The notes below the pieces were generated by a model. The model saw nothing but the letters and a program-made list of their open reading frames with translations. It was not told where the DNA came from and searched no databases. The position numbers and the translations under genes are program-made. Positions 17,717 to 26,511 of a stretch of DNA of 32,000 bases are shown piece after piece; the first letter of the stretch is position 1, and every line of letters starts with the position of its first letter. This DNA is from Planctopirus limnophila DSM 3776 (lineage in GTDB: Bacteria; Planctomycetota; Planctomycetia; Planctomycetales; Planctomycetaceae), in contig NC_014148.1 in the NCBI RefSeq assembly GCF_000092105.1, positions 270,001 to 302,000 on the forward strand. Direction: 5' to 3'.

Positions 17717-18906
17717 TCAGTCACCACAATAGGAATCGCGTTGGCAATCGATCGGAAACTTTCCGCCAGTTCGGCAGCAGTATTGGCATGCAGGCTCAAG
17801 CCTTTGCCGGCAGTGGCCGTCACAGAGTTCATCGTGGCACGACCTTGAGCCGTAGCTCCAAAAGTCACGCTATGAATAATTGTGGATGATTGCGAATAGG
17901 CACTCGCTGCCAGACTGACAGGTTCTGTCCCCTGATTAAACATCCCATCGCTGAAGACAATGATGATCGGCTGGCCCGTCTTGAGGCGAGCCTGGCTGGA
18001 TGTCGTCAGCATCGTCTGAGCGGCTGTAATCCCGGCACCAATATCTGTCCCGCCAATGAGTGGTACCTGCCCGATAGCTGTCAATTTCGATGTAATCGTT
18101 GAGAAGGTGGAAGTAAGATCACTTTCCACAGTCAGTTTGACGGAGCTGTACTTACCGAATGTGTAGTCGCCAGCATAAGTCACGAGCCCCACACGAGCCG
18201 CTACCTGACGCTGATTCAAAATCGTCAAAAAGTCATTCACACTGGCTGAAAGAATTGCCCATCGGCTTCCTGTGGGATCAGGCGGGCTGAAGTAGTTTTC
18301 AACCAGTGGTCTTTGTCGGACAGCTTCAGGATATTCGAACTCAACTCCCGATAGATCCCAACCCATCGAGCCTGATCGATCGAGCACGATGACAATGTCA
18401 TAGTCCAGCCGCATAGCGACGGCATTGAGTTCTGTCGAATACTCAGGAGCTCCGACAAAACCACCAAAGGGAAGTTCCACCGGCCCCGCTGCCGATGTTT
18501 TGGTCTTGCGACCAAAAACTCGCGCTGCATTCGTCGGTGTGCCATTGATCGCAAACGAATAGCTGCCATTCGACTGCCGAGTCGATCTGCCAAATTGAAT
18601 ATCGTTATCGTTTAACGAAAGAGCCTTGCCTCCCACTTCAAAACGAGAGGCAATATCGCGGGCGGCAGCACGGCCCGAAGTTGTCGATTGTGTTTCCACC
18701 AGTCGGATCACTGCCGAACGAGCAGCGGCGTCGGTTGCGGCCCGGAGTTCAGCACGCGTCAGTTCGACATAGGAGAGTGAAAGAAAAAACCCCGCCAAAG
18801 CCAGGAGCGCGACCATCACAAAGGCAGCCAGGATCGCAATCGCACCCCGCCTGGGATGTGGCTTGTGAATGACTCGTCGATGACCTGAGGAATTTTTTCG
18901 CATCAT
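17713..18906 (-). CDS. TadG-like N-terminus + von Willebrand factor A domain protein
   Basis: RRGAIAILAAFVMVALLALAGFFLSLSYVE N-terminus. The vWA MIDAS motif is present: DIVIVLDRSGSMG (DxSxS), GGTDIGAGI, IIIVFSDGMFN. The ORF track starts at TTG 18909; ATGs lie at 18906 and 18903. Confidence 0.85.
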   Translation of the reverse strand: MMRKNSSGHRRVIHKPHPRRGAIAILAAFVMVALLALAGFFLSLSYVELTRAELRAATDAAARSAVIRLVETQSTTSGRAAARDIASRFEVGGKALSLNDNDIQFGRSTRQSNGSYSFAINGTPTNAARVFGRKTKTSAAGPVELPFGGFVGAPEYSTELNAVAMRLDYDIVIVLDRSGSMGWDLSGVEFEYPEAVRQRPLVENYFSPPDPTGSRWAILSASVNDFLTILNQRQVAARVGLVTYAGDYTFGKYSSVKLTVESDLTSTFSTITSKLTAIGQVPLIGGTDIGAGITAAQTMLTTSSQARLKTGQPIIIVFSDGMFNQGTEPVSLAASAYSQSSTIIHSVTFGATAQGRATMNSVTATAGKGLSLHANTAAELAESFRSIANAIPIVVTE

Positions 18907-18944
18907 CAATCTCCCTTTCGGGGAAACTTCACGCAGAAAATCGC

Positions 18945-19364
18945 TTATTCCCGCAGCACAGCACCGCGATAAACAATCTCAGTGGGAACAGTCCAGCCCA
19001 GGGGTTCAACTCCCAGGGCTGTGTAATTGGCCCGAACTTGAATCTCGATCAATTCGCCAGGTCGCAGATTCGAAATTTCCGTAGGGGTAATTGTAATTGT
19101 TGCCTGACTGATCCTGCGGCCAGTCAGAATCTGACGAACCAAGGTTGTGACTTCCGTACTGCTGACATCCCTGCGTGAGGCAATACGAATTCCTTCAGCA
19201 GTGGCAGCAACCACACCCTTGCGAAAGTGAATAATCTGCGAAACGGCAATCGTGCCGAACACCACCAGGATCAGCACTGGAAGTACCAGTGCCATTTCCA
19301 CAGCCGCCGCTCCGCGACGAGCTGGTTGAGGAATCTGGCGGGATCGGGGACGGGACAATCGCAT
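18945..19364 (-). CDS. TadE-like pilus assembly protein
   Basis: RRGAAAVEMALVLPVLILVVFGTIAVSQI N-terminal motif. ATG at 19364 (ORF track TTG at 19370). Confidence 0.8.
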   Translation of the reverse strand: MRLSRPRSRQIPQPARRGAAAVEMALVLPVLILVVFGTIAVSQIIHFRKGVVAATAEGIRIASRRDVSSTEVTTLVRQILTGRRISQATITITPTEISNLRPGELIEIQVRANYTALGVEPLGWTVPTEIVYRGAVLRE

Positions 19365-19454
19365 GATCAATGCATTTCAAAAAATGACCGTTTCGATGGA
19401 ACATGCCGCTGATTGCCACTCATCGGATCGATGAGAGTTCAGGTTCGCGTGGGC

Positions 19455-20237
19455 CTAGTGAGGCAGATCACCTTTTTCAATCGAGATGTCGTAACCAAAG
19501 TCGATCACGAAGAGAGTATCGTTGTAGTCGAGGTCACCACCGCCCACGATGTCTTCAAAGCCAATCATGACGTAGCCGGGGTGAGTATCTTTGAAGTAGA
19601 CCGCGATCACATGCTGGAGCTTGTCCGAGTTGAGTTCTGGAAAGTTTCGCAGCAGATTCTTGGTCCCATTCGCACCATCCGAGCAGAGGAAGAAATCCAC
19701 CTGCTTCCCTGCCTGAATCGTGCCGATCTCCACAAAATCACCAGCTTTAAGTCCACCCGACTGACTGGTGACTTTCCCCTTTTTGTCCTTAATCTGGGTG
19801 ACTTCGAAAGAAGCATCGTCAAAAATCAGCTTGCCTTGCGTCAGTGGATCAATCAGCGTCGAAGATCCACTGCGTCCATGGCCGGCATCCACAATCGATA
19901 CACCCAACTGGTTGCGATAACCAGCCCCCTCATGGACGAAGTAGACGCGGACAGGTTGAAGTGTGGTCAGTGGCAGATACAGCCGGGTGGGATCAAGCAC
20001 GTAGTCTGGTGCCACCTTGAATTGCGATGCTTCCTTCAGGCTCTTGTCGATGAACTGCTGAAAGGTGGGCATGACCTGGTTAGCGAACTGCGTCGAACGA
20101 GTATCCGACTTCGCCTTTTGTACGGCAGTATATTTTGGCAGATTGAATGGATTCTTGGCTGCCTGTGCACAGGCCTCATGCATCGTTGACCAGGTGGCTG
20201 CCACCAGTATCAGTAACAACCCGCAATACTTCTTCAT
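19455..20237 (-). CDS. Secreted DUF4114 domain protein
   Basis: Signal peptide MKKYCGLLLILVAATWSTMHEACAQA. The C-terminal GFEDIVGGGDLDYNDTLFVIDFG matches the DUF4114 hallmark (FED..GGGD.DYND). AAGGAA lies 6 nt before the ATG. Confidence 0.75.
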   Translation of the reverse strand: MKKYCGLLLILVAATWSTMHEACAQAAKNPFNLPKYTAVQKAKSDTRSTQFANQVMPTFQQFIDKSLKEASQFKVAPDYVLDPTRLYLPLTTLQPVRVYFVHEGAGYRNQLGVSIVDAGHGRSGSSTLIDPLTQGKLIFDDASFEVTQIKDKKGKVTSQSGGLKAGDFVEIGTIQAGKQVDFFLCSDGANGTKNLLRNFPELNSDKLQHVIAVYFKDTHPGYVMIGFEDIVGGGDLDYNDTLFVIDFGYDISIEKGDLPH

Positions 20238-20632
20238 GACAAGTTCCTTAGAGGATTTTCCCGCAACTGAAAGGAACCTAGGTCATGTCGGAACGAAGTC
20301 AAAAAACGAGGTGAAAATTCGAGAGTTCACCGGCAACAATTCCGAATAATCCGGATTGTCGCGATTGTCAGTTCACAAAGAGCATCGTGTTGCAAAGTGA
20401 CATCCACCGAACTGCGATCCATTTGACTTTTAATGCTGTTTGCTTGCTGCATGAGAAAATCTCACAAGAATCCAAAATTGCGCCAAGAAATCGAAACATC
20501 GAGCGAATCACCCCTCAGAGAGTCGTCATCAGCCCGAGAATCCGTTTGAAGTGAAAATGTGTTCATATGGCTGAGTGCTGCGACTCACGAACTGTTCAAT
20601 GCAAAGTTTGATCCAGGACGACGGGGGGAATC

Positions 20633-21445
20633 ATGCTCAAAAAATTGCTGTTTGCCGGTGTGGGAGTTCTGAGTCTGGGGGCACTCGTGTTCGGTGCAGA
20701 ACTGCCGAGTTATCTCTTTACGAGTGCGAAAAGTCTGCGGAGTGCCGTGAAGGCGGAAGTCCCCGTCGAATTTGAGATTGCCAGGGCTCGTGAACTGGTC
20801 GAAAAGCTGGTGCCTGACATTCGGAAGTGCATGCAGGTGATTGCCGAGCAGCAGGTCGATACGCAGCAGTTGCGCAATCAGATCGCCAGCCGGAGTGGCA
20901 ATCTGGATCATCAGAAACAGTTGATTTTGTCCCAGAAGGCGAACCTGTCGAGTGGTCAGGGGACATTCCGTTACGCAGGCCATACCTATTCAGCCAATGA
21001 CGTACAGCGTGATCTTTCGATCCGTTTTGAACGTTTCAAAGCTGCCGAGCAGACTCTCGCTGCTGATCAGAAGGTGTTGCTTGCTCGGGAGCAGACGTTG
21101 ACTGCCAATCAGGAAAAACTGGCGACGATGCTCAAATCCAAACAGGATCTCGAAGTCCAACTCGAACAGTTGACGGCTCGACTGGAAACTGTGCGTGCCG
21201 CCGAAGCCGCGACCAGCGTGACGATTGACGACTCCAATTTGAGCCGGGCACGTGAATTGATCACCAATCTGAATCGCCAGCTCGACATCAAGGAGAAGTT
21301 GATCGATCAATCAGGACAGATCTCCGGGTTGATTCCCATCGAAGAATCGGCCATTCCCCAAACCACAGAAGATCTGGCCCGTCAGATCGACAACTACTTC
21401 CAGCCTGAAGCCAAGCCTCAGGCCGGTGTGGCACAGGCTCACTAG
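20633..21445 (+). CDS. N-terminally membrane-anchored coiled-coil protein (PspA/IM30-like heptad layout, tentative)
   Basis: TM/signal MLKKLLFAGVGVLSLGALVFGA is followed by about 230 aa of Gln/Leu/Glu/Arg-rich heptad sequence (LEVQLEQLTARLETVRAAEAA). I am fairly confident it is coding. The function is uncertain. Confidence 0.6.
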   Translation: MLKKLLFAGVGVLSLGALVFGAELPSYLFTSAKSLRSAVKAEVPVEFEIARARELVEKLVPDIRKCMQVIAEQQVDTQQLRNQIASRSGNLDHQKQLILSQKANLSSGQGTFRYAGHTYSANDVQRDLSIRFERFKAAEQTLAADQKVLLAREQTLTANQEKLATMLKSKQDLEVQLEQLTARLETVRAAEAATSVTIDDSNLSRARELITNLNRQLDIKEKLIDQSGQISGLIPIEESAIPQTTEDLARQIDNYFQPEAKPQAGVAQAH

Positions 21446-21599
21446 CACACGGGACATGAGTGTGGGTGAGGTTGTTGCACAATGCTCGCTCCACGAAGTC
21501 AGGCAGGCTGTGCAGCAATTCGATAAGGCGCTGGTACATTCCGTCAGAACTTCATGTACCCTACCTGAAGAGAAATGCACGGCGTAGGCTCAGTCAAAG

Positions 21600-21627
21600 C
21601 TGCCACTCCCCCGCAAGGGGGAGGCAG
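21600..21627 (+). other. GNRA-capped GC-rich hairpin in the kinase leader
   Basis: A 7-bp stem, ctccccc (21606-21612) paired with gggggag (21617-21623), closes a GCAA loop. It is extended by 4 bp (ctgc/gcag) across a 2-nt bulge. No T-tract follows. It lies 62 nt upstream of the kinase ATG. Confidence 0.45.
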
Positions 21628-21688
21628 TATGCATGGTGTGACAGGTCATTCAGGTACGAGTTGCTGGAACAGGAAAGGAGGAGTGTGC

Positions 21689-23386
21689 ATGCGATTTCAG
21701 TACGCTCCTCAAAGTCGTCCGCTCTCTGGTTACGTGATTACACGGGGGATCCAGCGGGGCGGATTTGGTGAAGTCTACGAAGGTCTGTCGGCTGGCGGGA
21801 AGCGCGTCGCACTCAAGCTACTACAACGAGGAACAGAGATTGAACTTCGTGGTGTCCGCCAATGCCTGAACCTCAATCACCCCAACCTCGTTTCGATTTA
21901 TGACATTCTGTATGACAACGAGGCCTCTGCCTGGATTGTCATGGAGTACATCGACGGCGTGACTCTGGACGATGTCATTGCCAATCATCCCCAGGGTTTA
22001 CCTCATGAAGAGGTGGCTGAGTGGTTTTCGGGAATTGTGCAGGGTCTGGAATATCTCCATTCGCGGGGAATTGTGCATCGCGATCTGAAGCCCGCGAACA
22101 TTTACCGCACGCATGGTGTGGTCAAAATTGGCGATGTTGGTCTTTCGAAACTGATGGATCAGGTGGATGCCCTGCATACACAGACCATTGGGACGGTGCA
22201 TTATATGGCACCGGAAGTTTCGCATGGACGATATGGTCCGAGCATCGACTACTACAGCCTGGCGGTCATTCTGTATGAGTTATTGACAGGCAAAGTCCCC
22301 TTTTCAGGTGAGACCACGGGCGAAGTCCTGATGCGACATCTGACACACCTGCCCGAAACGACGCATTTGCCGCTCACCTTGCGACCCGTGTTACAAAAGG
22401 CTCTCGCGAAGAACGCAGCCGAGCGCTATCCCTCGCTTCAGGAGTTTCATGAAGGCGTCATGTCGGCTCTGGTACCTGCCGGTTTCGAGCGGGTAGCGGC
22501 TGTCGCCGGGGACGCAGTGGCGAGATCGATTCCAACAAAAACTCAACAACCAGTCTCTTTTTATGAAGTCAAGAAAGACCTGCCTCCTATGCCTGCGCTG
22601 CAGTCCCCTGTCCCAATCACTGAGTTTTTGCCATCAGGCCAGAAATCGGGTCATCGGAGGCTGGCTCACAGAAAGCGTGCAGAGAGCAACCAGTTGCGTC
22701 ATTGGTCGCCTGCGAGTGATTCCAATGGGGAATTGGCTCGTCTGATTCCTGGTGGTTTACTGGGTGGCTGGTCTCAGGCGGTGTTTCTGACCATGGTGCT
22801 TTCAATGGGCCTGGCTGCCGCTCTGGCAATCGCCTTGCCGCCATTTGTCCCTTCACCACCCTGGCAGAACCTGACGGGGATGGGATTACTTGCTGCACAG
22901 TCCGCACTGGTCGTATTGGCTTTTCAAACAATCTTCTGGTGGTCGAGACGCGAGAGTAAGCCGGCCCCATTGACATGGATGTCGAGTCTGTTGCTGGGTG
23001 GAATGATGGGGGCCTGTGGTTATCTGTTGATGAATTACCTGATGGCTGAAAATCTGCTGGCAGCACCAGAACATGCCGCCATGGTGCGTCAACTGGGTGC
23101 TCAAAAATTGCGACTGGATGGCGGAGTCCCCTCCTGGCTTTCATGGGTTCTGTACTTTGCCAGCCTCGTGGCTCTCGGGAATTGGTCACAGCAGGCGAGC
23201 CTTCAGCGAGATGAACGGTTCTCAGCCATGACAATTCTCTTCTCAACGATGGCGGGTTGGATGTTGTCGTTTGTGATCTGGTTTCCACCGGTTTGGGGCT
23301 GCTTGTTTGCCGCTTGGATTTCCTGCGTGCTGCAACTTTCGACACCAGTCATCCAAGTCACGACCACCTATCGAGAGTCTGAGTAG
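21689..23386 (+). CDS. Ser/Thr protein kinase with polytopic (about 6 TM) C-terminal membrane domain
   Basis: Hanks motifs RGGFGEVYEG, VALKLL, HRDLKPANI, IGDVGLSK (DVG in place of DFG) and GTVHYMAPE. The C-terminal ~220 aa contains about six hydrophobic helices. A strong RBS (AGGAGG) lies 7 nt before ATG 21689. The ORF-track start at 21575 is probably too early. Confidence 0.9.
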   Translation: MRFQYAPQSRPLSGYVITRGIQRGGFGEVYEGLSAGGKRVALKLLQRGTEIELRGVRQCLNLNHPNLVSIYDILYDNEASAWIVMEYIDGVTLDDVIANHPQGLPHEEVAEWFSGIVQGLEYLHSRGIVHRDLKPANIYRTHGVVKIGDVGLSKLMDQVDALHTQTIGTVHYMAPEVSHGRYGPSIDYYSLAVILYELLTGKVPFSGETTGEVLMRHLTHLPETTHLPLTLRPVLQKALAKNAAERYPSLQEFHEGVMSALVPAGFERVAAVAGDAVARSIPTKTQQPVSFYEVKKDLPPMPALQSPVPITEFLPSGQKSGHRRLAHRKRAESNQLRHWSPASDSNGELARLIPGGLLGGWSQAVFLTMVLSMGLAAALAIALPPFVPSPPWQNLTGMGLLAAQSALVVLAFQTIFWWSRRESKPAPLTWMSSLLLGGMMGACGYLLMNYLMAENLLAAPEHAAMVRQLGAQKLRLDGGVPSWLSWVLYFASLVALGNWSQQASLQRDERFSAMTILFSTMAGWMLSFVIWFPPVWGCLFAAWISCVLQLSTPVIQVTTTYRESE

Positions 23387-23490
23387 CAGTGAACGGTGTG
23401 GGGGCAGATTCGTCCGAGGGTGATCGAGTGACCGGCCATCCATGAGACGGCTCGTAGACTGGTTCGCATTAAGATAAAGGGCTTGGAAAC

Positions 23491-24666
23491 ATGAGCTTAA
23501 CCTTTGGGTTTCTTATAATCATCATCCTCGCGGTGGTGGTGTTTGGTGCTTTGACTGTGGGAGTCATACTGGCACTGCTGTTCTTTGGGATTGGTCAGGC
23601 TGTGAGCCCTTCCCGCGAAAAGAATCAGGGTTCGTCTCAGCCCCGAAAAACGACTCCCCAAGCTCTTCCTGCGGATCGTGCGCAGGATTTCGGACGTGAT
23701 GTCTCTGCCAGCAGGAAGCCACAAAAGTCGCACGCCGGAGTGATTGCACTGGTGAGTGCCGTTTTGATTGGTGCCGGTCTTTTGTCGCTGATTGGCGTCC
23801 GGACTGTCGCCACCAGCGTCCACATCACTCATCATTCAGGAATTGAAAGTCAAACTGGATTTCCACGGCTGGAGCCTCTGAGCGGGCAGTTCTCCGAGCA
23901 TGTCGTCATTCAACCAGAACATGGGCCATGGGCAGGGCCTCAACCGGTTGAGTCGATCCTGACAGAACAATTGCGCAACGTGCCCACGTGGAAAGCCAGT
24001 CTGCCAGCATCATCCCCAGCACTGGCTCCACAAACAAACAAAGCATTGAACAGTGCCAAAGCCACTGATGCTCCTCGACCTCAATCGACGAGTGGCCTCG
24101 AAGCACATCCCGCAGATGCCACTCAGCCGGAAAACGTCCCGGCTGTGATTGTCGCTTCACTTCCAGAACAAGCCCCACTGGCATCGACAGATTTCGAACG
24201 ACTTTCGCCTTTGCCCGATTGGGCCGTTGAAATCAGCAAAGTACCACCACACCACATCCATCTGGTTTCGGGCAGGTTTCCCACTTTGGCCGAAGCTGAA
24301 GCCGATGCCAGCCAGAAGCTCTCTGCCTGGAGTATCAGCGAGATTCAGCGGCGGCATCCAGATTTGCCCCCACTCAACAGAACATCGATTGATCCTTCAG
24401 CAGAGGTGATGGCGGCCGTAATGCAAAAGGCTGTCGAAGAAACCGAACATCAGTTTGGAAATGCCACTGCCAAAATGTATGCCGTCCATTTATTGATTTC
24501 CTCCAGTCAGTTCGTCCCCACAGTGACGCTCCATCGATTGCATCAATTGCATGAAGAACAGGTTTCTTCCCAGAGATTGACGATTCTTGGTGTTGCCGGT
24601 GCAGGTCTGGCTTTGCTGGCCTGGGGCATGATGCAGTACAGTCGCCGGAAGCACAGCATGGCTTAA
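23491..24666 (+). CDS. Hypothetical membrane protein (two N-terminal and one C-terminal TM helix)
   Basis: TM helices: LTFGFLIIIILAVVVFGALTVGVILALLFFGIG, GVIALVSAVLIGAGLLSLIGV, and the C-terminal LTILGVAGAGLALLAWGMMQY. A Pro/Ser/Ala-rich linker is present. No domain recognised. Confidence 0.55.
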   Translation: MSLTFGFLIIIILAVVVFGALTVGVILALLFFGIGQAVSPSREKNQGSSQPRKTTPQALPADRAQDFGRDVSASRKPQKSHAGVIALVSAVLIGAGLLSLIGVRTVATSVHITHHSGIESQTGFPRLEPLSGQFSEHVVIQPEHGPWAGPQPVESILTEQLRNVPTWKASLPASSPALAPQTNKALNSAKATDAPRPQSTSGLEAHPADATQPENVPAVIVASLPEQAPLASTDFERLSPLPDWAVEISKVPPHHIHLVSGRFPTLAEAEADASQKLSAWSISEIQRRHPDLPPLNRTSIDPSAEVMAAVMQKAVEETEHQFGNATAKMYAVHLLISSSQFVPTVTLHRLHQLHEEQVSSQRLTILGVAGAGLALLAWGMMQYSRRKHSMA

Positions 24667-24698
24667 GTTCGGATGTTTCTTCATCCAGGGTGATTTGA

Positions 24699-25391
24699 GT
24701 GATGTCACAGGAACCGTCTCCGACTGCGGATGAGAACACTCGAGAACAGTGGTTGATTGCCCGCATTCGTGCCCAGGAGCCCGGTGCCTGGCGCGAACTT
24801 GTCGATCAGCATGAACCCCGGCTTTTTGCCTGGATGAAATCCCGCACAGGGAACCGCTCGACAGCCGAAGATCTCGTACAGGAAGTCTTCCTCTCCTTTC
24901 TGAGGGCGTTGCCAAACTTTGATGATTCGAGGCCCATCGAACCCTTTATCAATCAGATTGCCGCACATCTGCTGATTGATCACTTACGCAAAGAGGGGAG
25001 ACGGCAGGTTGTCAGTACAGGAACCGTAGTTGACGATTCCTCATCGGGGCACATGCCCTTCGAAAAACTTGTGCCGCAGGATTCTCGACAACTGAAGGCA
25101 TCGAGCATTTTTCGCGGTCGAGAAACGACCGCTGCGATTGAAGCCTGCCTGGCTCAAAGCCTGAAGGAACTTGTTCTCCGCTGGCAAAGTCGGGGAGAAT
25201 TCGAGCGGCTCAAATGCTGCGAACTCATCATTGCTAAAGGATTCCCCAATCAACGAGTGGCGCAGCTCCTGTCGATCAGCGAACAGACTGTCGCCAACCA
25301 TAAGTCGTATCTGCTGCAGCAACTTCGTCAGCGATTGGCAAAAGCCGGTCTTGCGGAGACAGTCTTGTCGCTGTTGATTGACCGTCACTGA
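24699..25391 (+). CDS. ECF-type sigma-70 family RNA polymerase sigma factor
   Basis: Region 2 (AEDLVQEVFLSFLRALPNFD..FINQIAAHLLIDHLRK) and region 4 HTH (VAQLLSISEQTVANHKSYLLQQLRQRL). The linker between them is unusually long. It starts 32 nt after the upstream membrane protein gene. Confidence 0.85.
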   Translation: MMSQEPSPTADENTREQWLIARIRAQEPGAWRELVDQHEPRLFAWMKSRTGNRSTAEDLVQEVFLSFLRALPNFDDSRPIEPFINQIAAHLLIDHLRKEGRRQVVSTGTVVDDSSSGHMPFEKLVPQDSRQLKASSIFRGRETTAAIEACLAQSLKELVLRWQSRGEFERLKCCELIIAKGFPNQRVAQLLSISEQTVANHKSYLLQQLRQRLAKAGLAETVLSLLIDRH

Positions 25392-25412
25392 TAAGGGGAA
25401 CAGTGGAAGGAT

Positions 25413-26402
25413 TCATCGAATCCGTTCATCCGCAGGAATGAGCGGCACATGCACATTGATTGTGGGCCCCTCGGGTGTGCCGACATGCAGCATCTGGTTT
25501 TCGACCTGCCACTTGGTGCGAACATACCCCAGGCCGACTCCACCCAACTGGTCATCATGCGGACAGAACGTGGTGATAACTCCTACGCTTTTCGGTTCAG
25601 AATCCGCAAAGAGTTCGGCACCGGCCCACGAGCTTTTATCTTGATCGCTCAAAGAAACTTCGGTCGAAAGCCTGACGAGTTCTTTGTTGGTGTGACCCAT
25701 GGCGTCAAGCCTGGCAATGGGCTCCTGCCCGAGATAACAGCCTTTATGAAATGAGATCGCGACTGCAGTCCGCCCCGATTCCTGGGCGAGTTGAGCATCG
25801 CTGTAATCAATCCCCATCCAGCCCATGCCAACACTCGCTCGGAAGCGATCGAAATCGAGAGGGGTTTCCTTTCTGATGGCTGCCAGCGACGCCAGAGTTG
25901 ACAGTTCCTCACGGGCTGCATGTTCATCCATAAAGACAGCCACGACAGGCAGGCTCCAACCCGTCATCAAGGCTGCCCGCCAGCCTACGCCAGCAATCAT
26001 CTGATGCACAGACTCTGCGGCCAGATCACGCTGTTGTTGTTGACTGATCTCGGCCCAGAGTTGGTTGGCTGTTTCTCCCCCAACCAGCCAGGTATCCTTC
26101 AGAGCCGCTTTCGTGAATGTGACATCTTCCGTAATGATGTAGCGTTCTAAATGCGGGAGCAGCGATGTGCCCGTCCCGGCACCTATGGTCATCACGAGTG
26201 AGTCTTCCAGAGCATGAATCCAGCCGTGCCCGACAATCCGGCCTTTGACATTCGGAAAGAAGACCTCGACGCCTGTATTTGAAGTCAGTCGAGCAACATC
26301 ATTGGTACAAAAGTTCTGTAGAAAACGGACTCGATGCTGACCTCTAACGAAGTACTGTTCGACAGGAAAAGGGATCTGCATGGCCTGGAAATGCGAGTTC
26401 AT
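25413..26402 (-). CDS. YgfZ/GcvT-family folate-binding protein
   Basis: Signature FHKGCYLGQEPIARLDAMGH (KGCYxGQE) and an aminomethyltransferase-like N-terminal fold pattern. 329 aa. Confidence 0.8.
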   Translation of the reverse strand: MNSHFQAMQIPFPVEQYFVRGQHRVRFLQNFCTNDVARLTSNTGVEVFFPNVKGRIVGHGWIHALEDSLVMTIGAGTGTSLLPHLERYIITEDVTFTKAALKDTWLVGGETANQLWAEISQQQQRDLAAESVHQMIAGVGWRAALMTGWSLPVVAVFMDEHAAREELSTLASLAAIRKETPLDFDRFRASVGMGWMGIDYSDAQLAQESGRTAVAISFHKGCYLGQEPIARLDAMGHTNKELVRLSTEVSLSDQDKSSWAGAELFADSEPKSVGVITTFCPHDDQLGGVGLGYVRTKWQVENQMLHVGTPEGPTINVHVPLIPADERIR

Positions 26403-26511
26403 GATGGCACCTGTTTCCTGTCGTCATGTTTATTGAGTGGACAGTTCTTGAACGGACAGGGGTATGGATCAGAAAAGATGATCAGCACGATGAGGCAGGG
26501 TCGCGGTCGTG

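Noticed and set aside
19413-20189. 258-aa plus-strand ORF overlapping the DUF4114 gene
   Set aside because: The minus-strand frame has a signal peptide, a good RBS and the DUF4114 hallmark GGGDLDYND. The plus frame has none of these, so it is a shadow ORF.
21575-21688. ORF-track start of the kinase at 21575, adding 38 aa (MHGVGSVKAATPPQGGG..)
   Set aside because: ATG 21689 has a near-perfect AGGAGG RBS at 7-nt spacing and leaves a normal ~22-aa lead before the Gly-loop. The extension contains the GC hairpin and looks non-coding.
22617-23345. 242-aa minus ORF inside the kinase TM domain. Similar shadow ORFs lie at 4632..5153, 11572..12090, 12373..12843, 15557..16081, 15759..16244 and 90..674.
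   Set aside because: All are antisense or out of frame relative to well-supported genes. They are Arg/Pro/Ser-rich and have no recognisable motifs.
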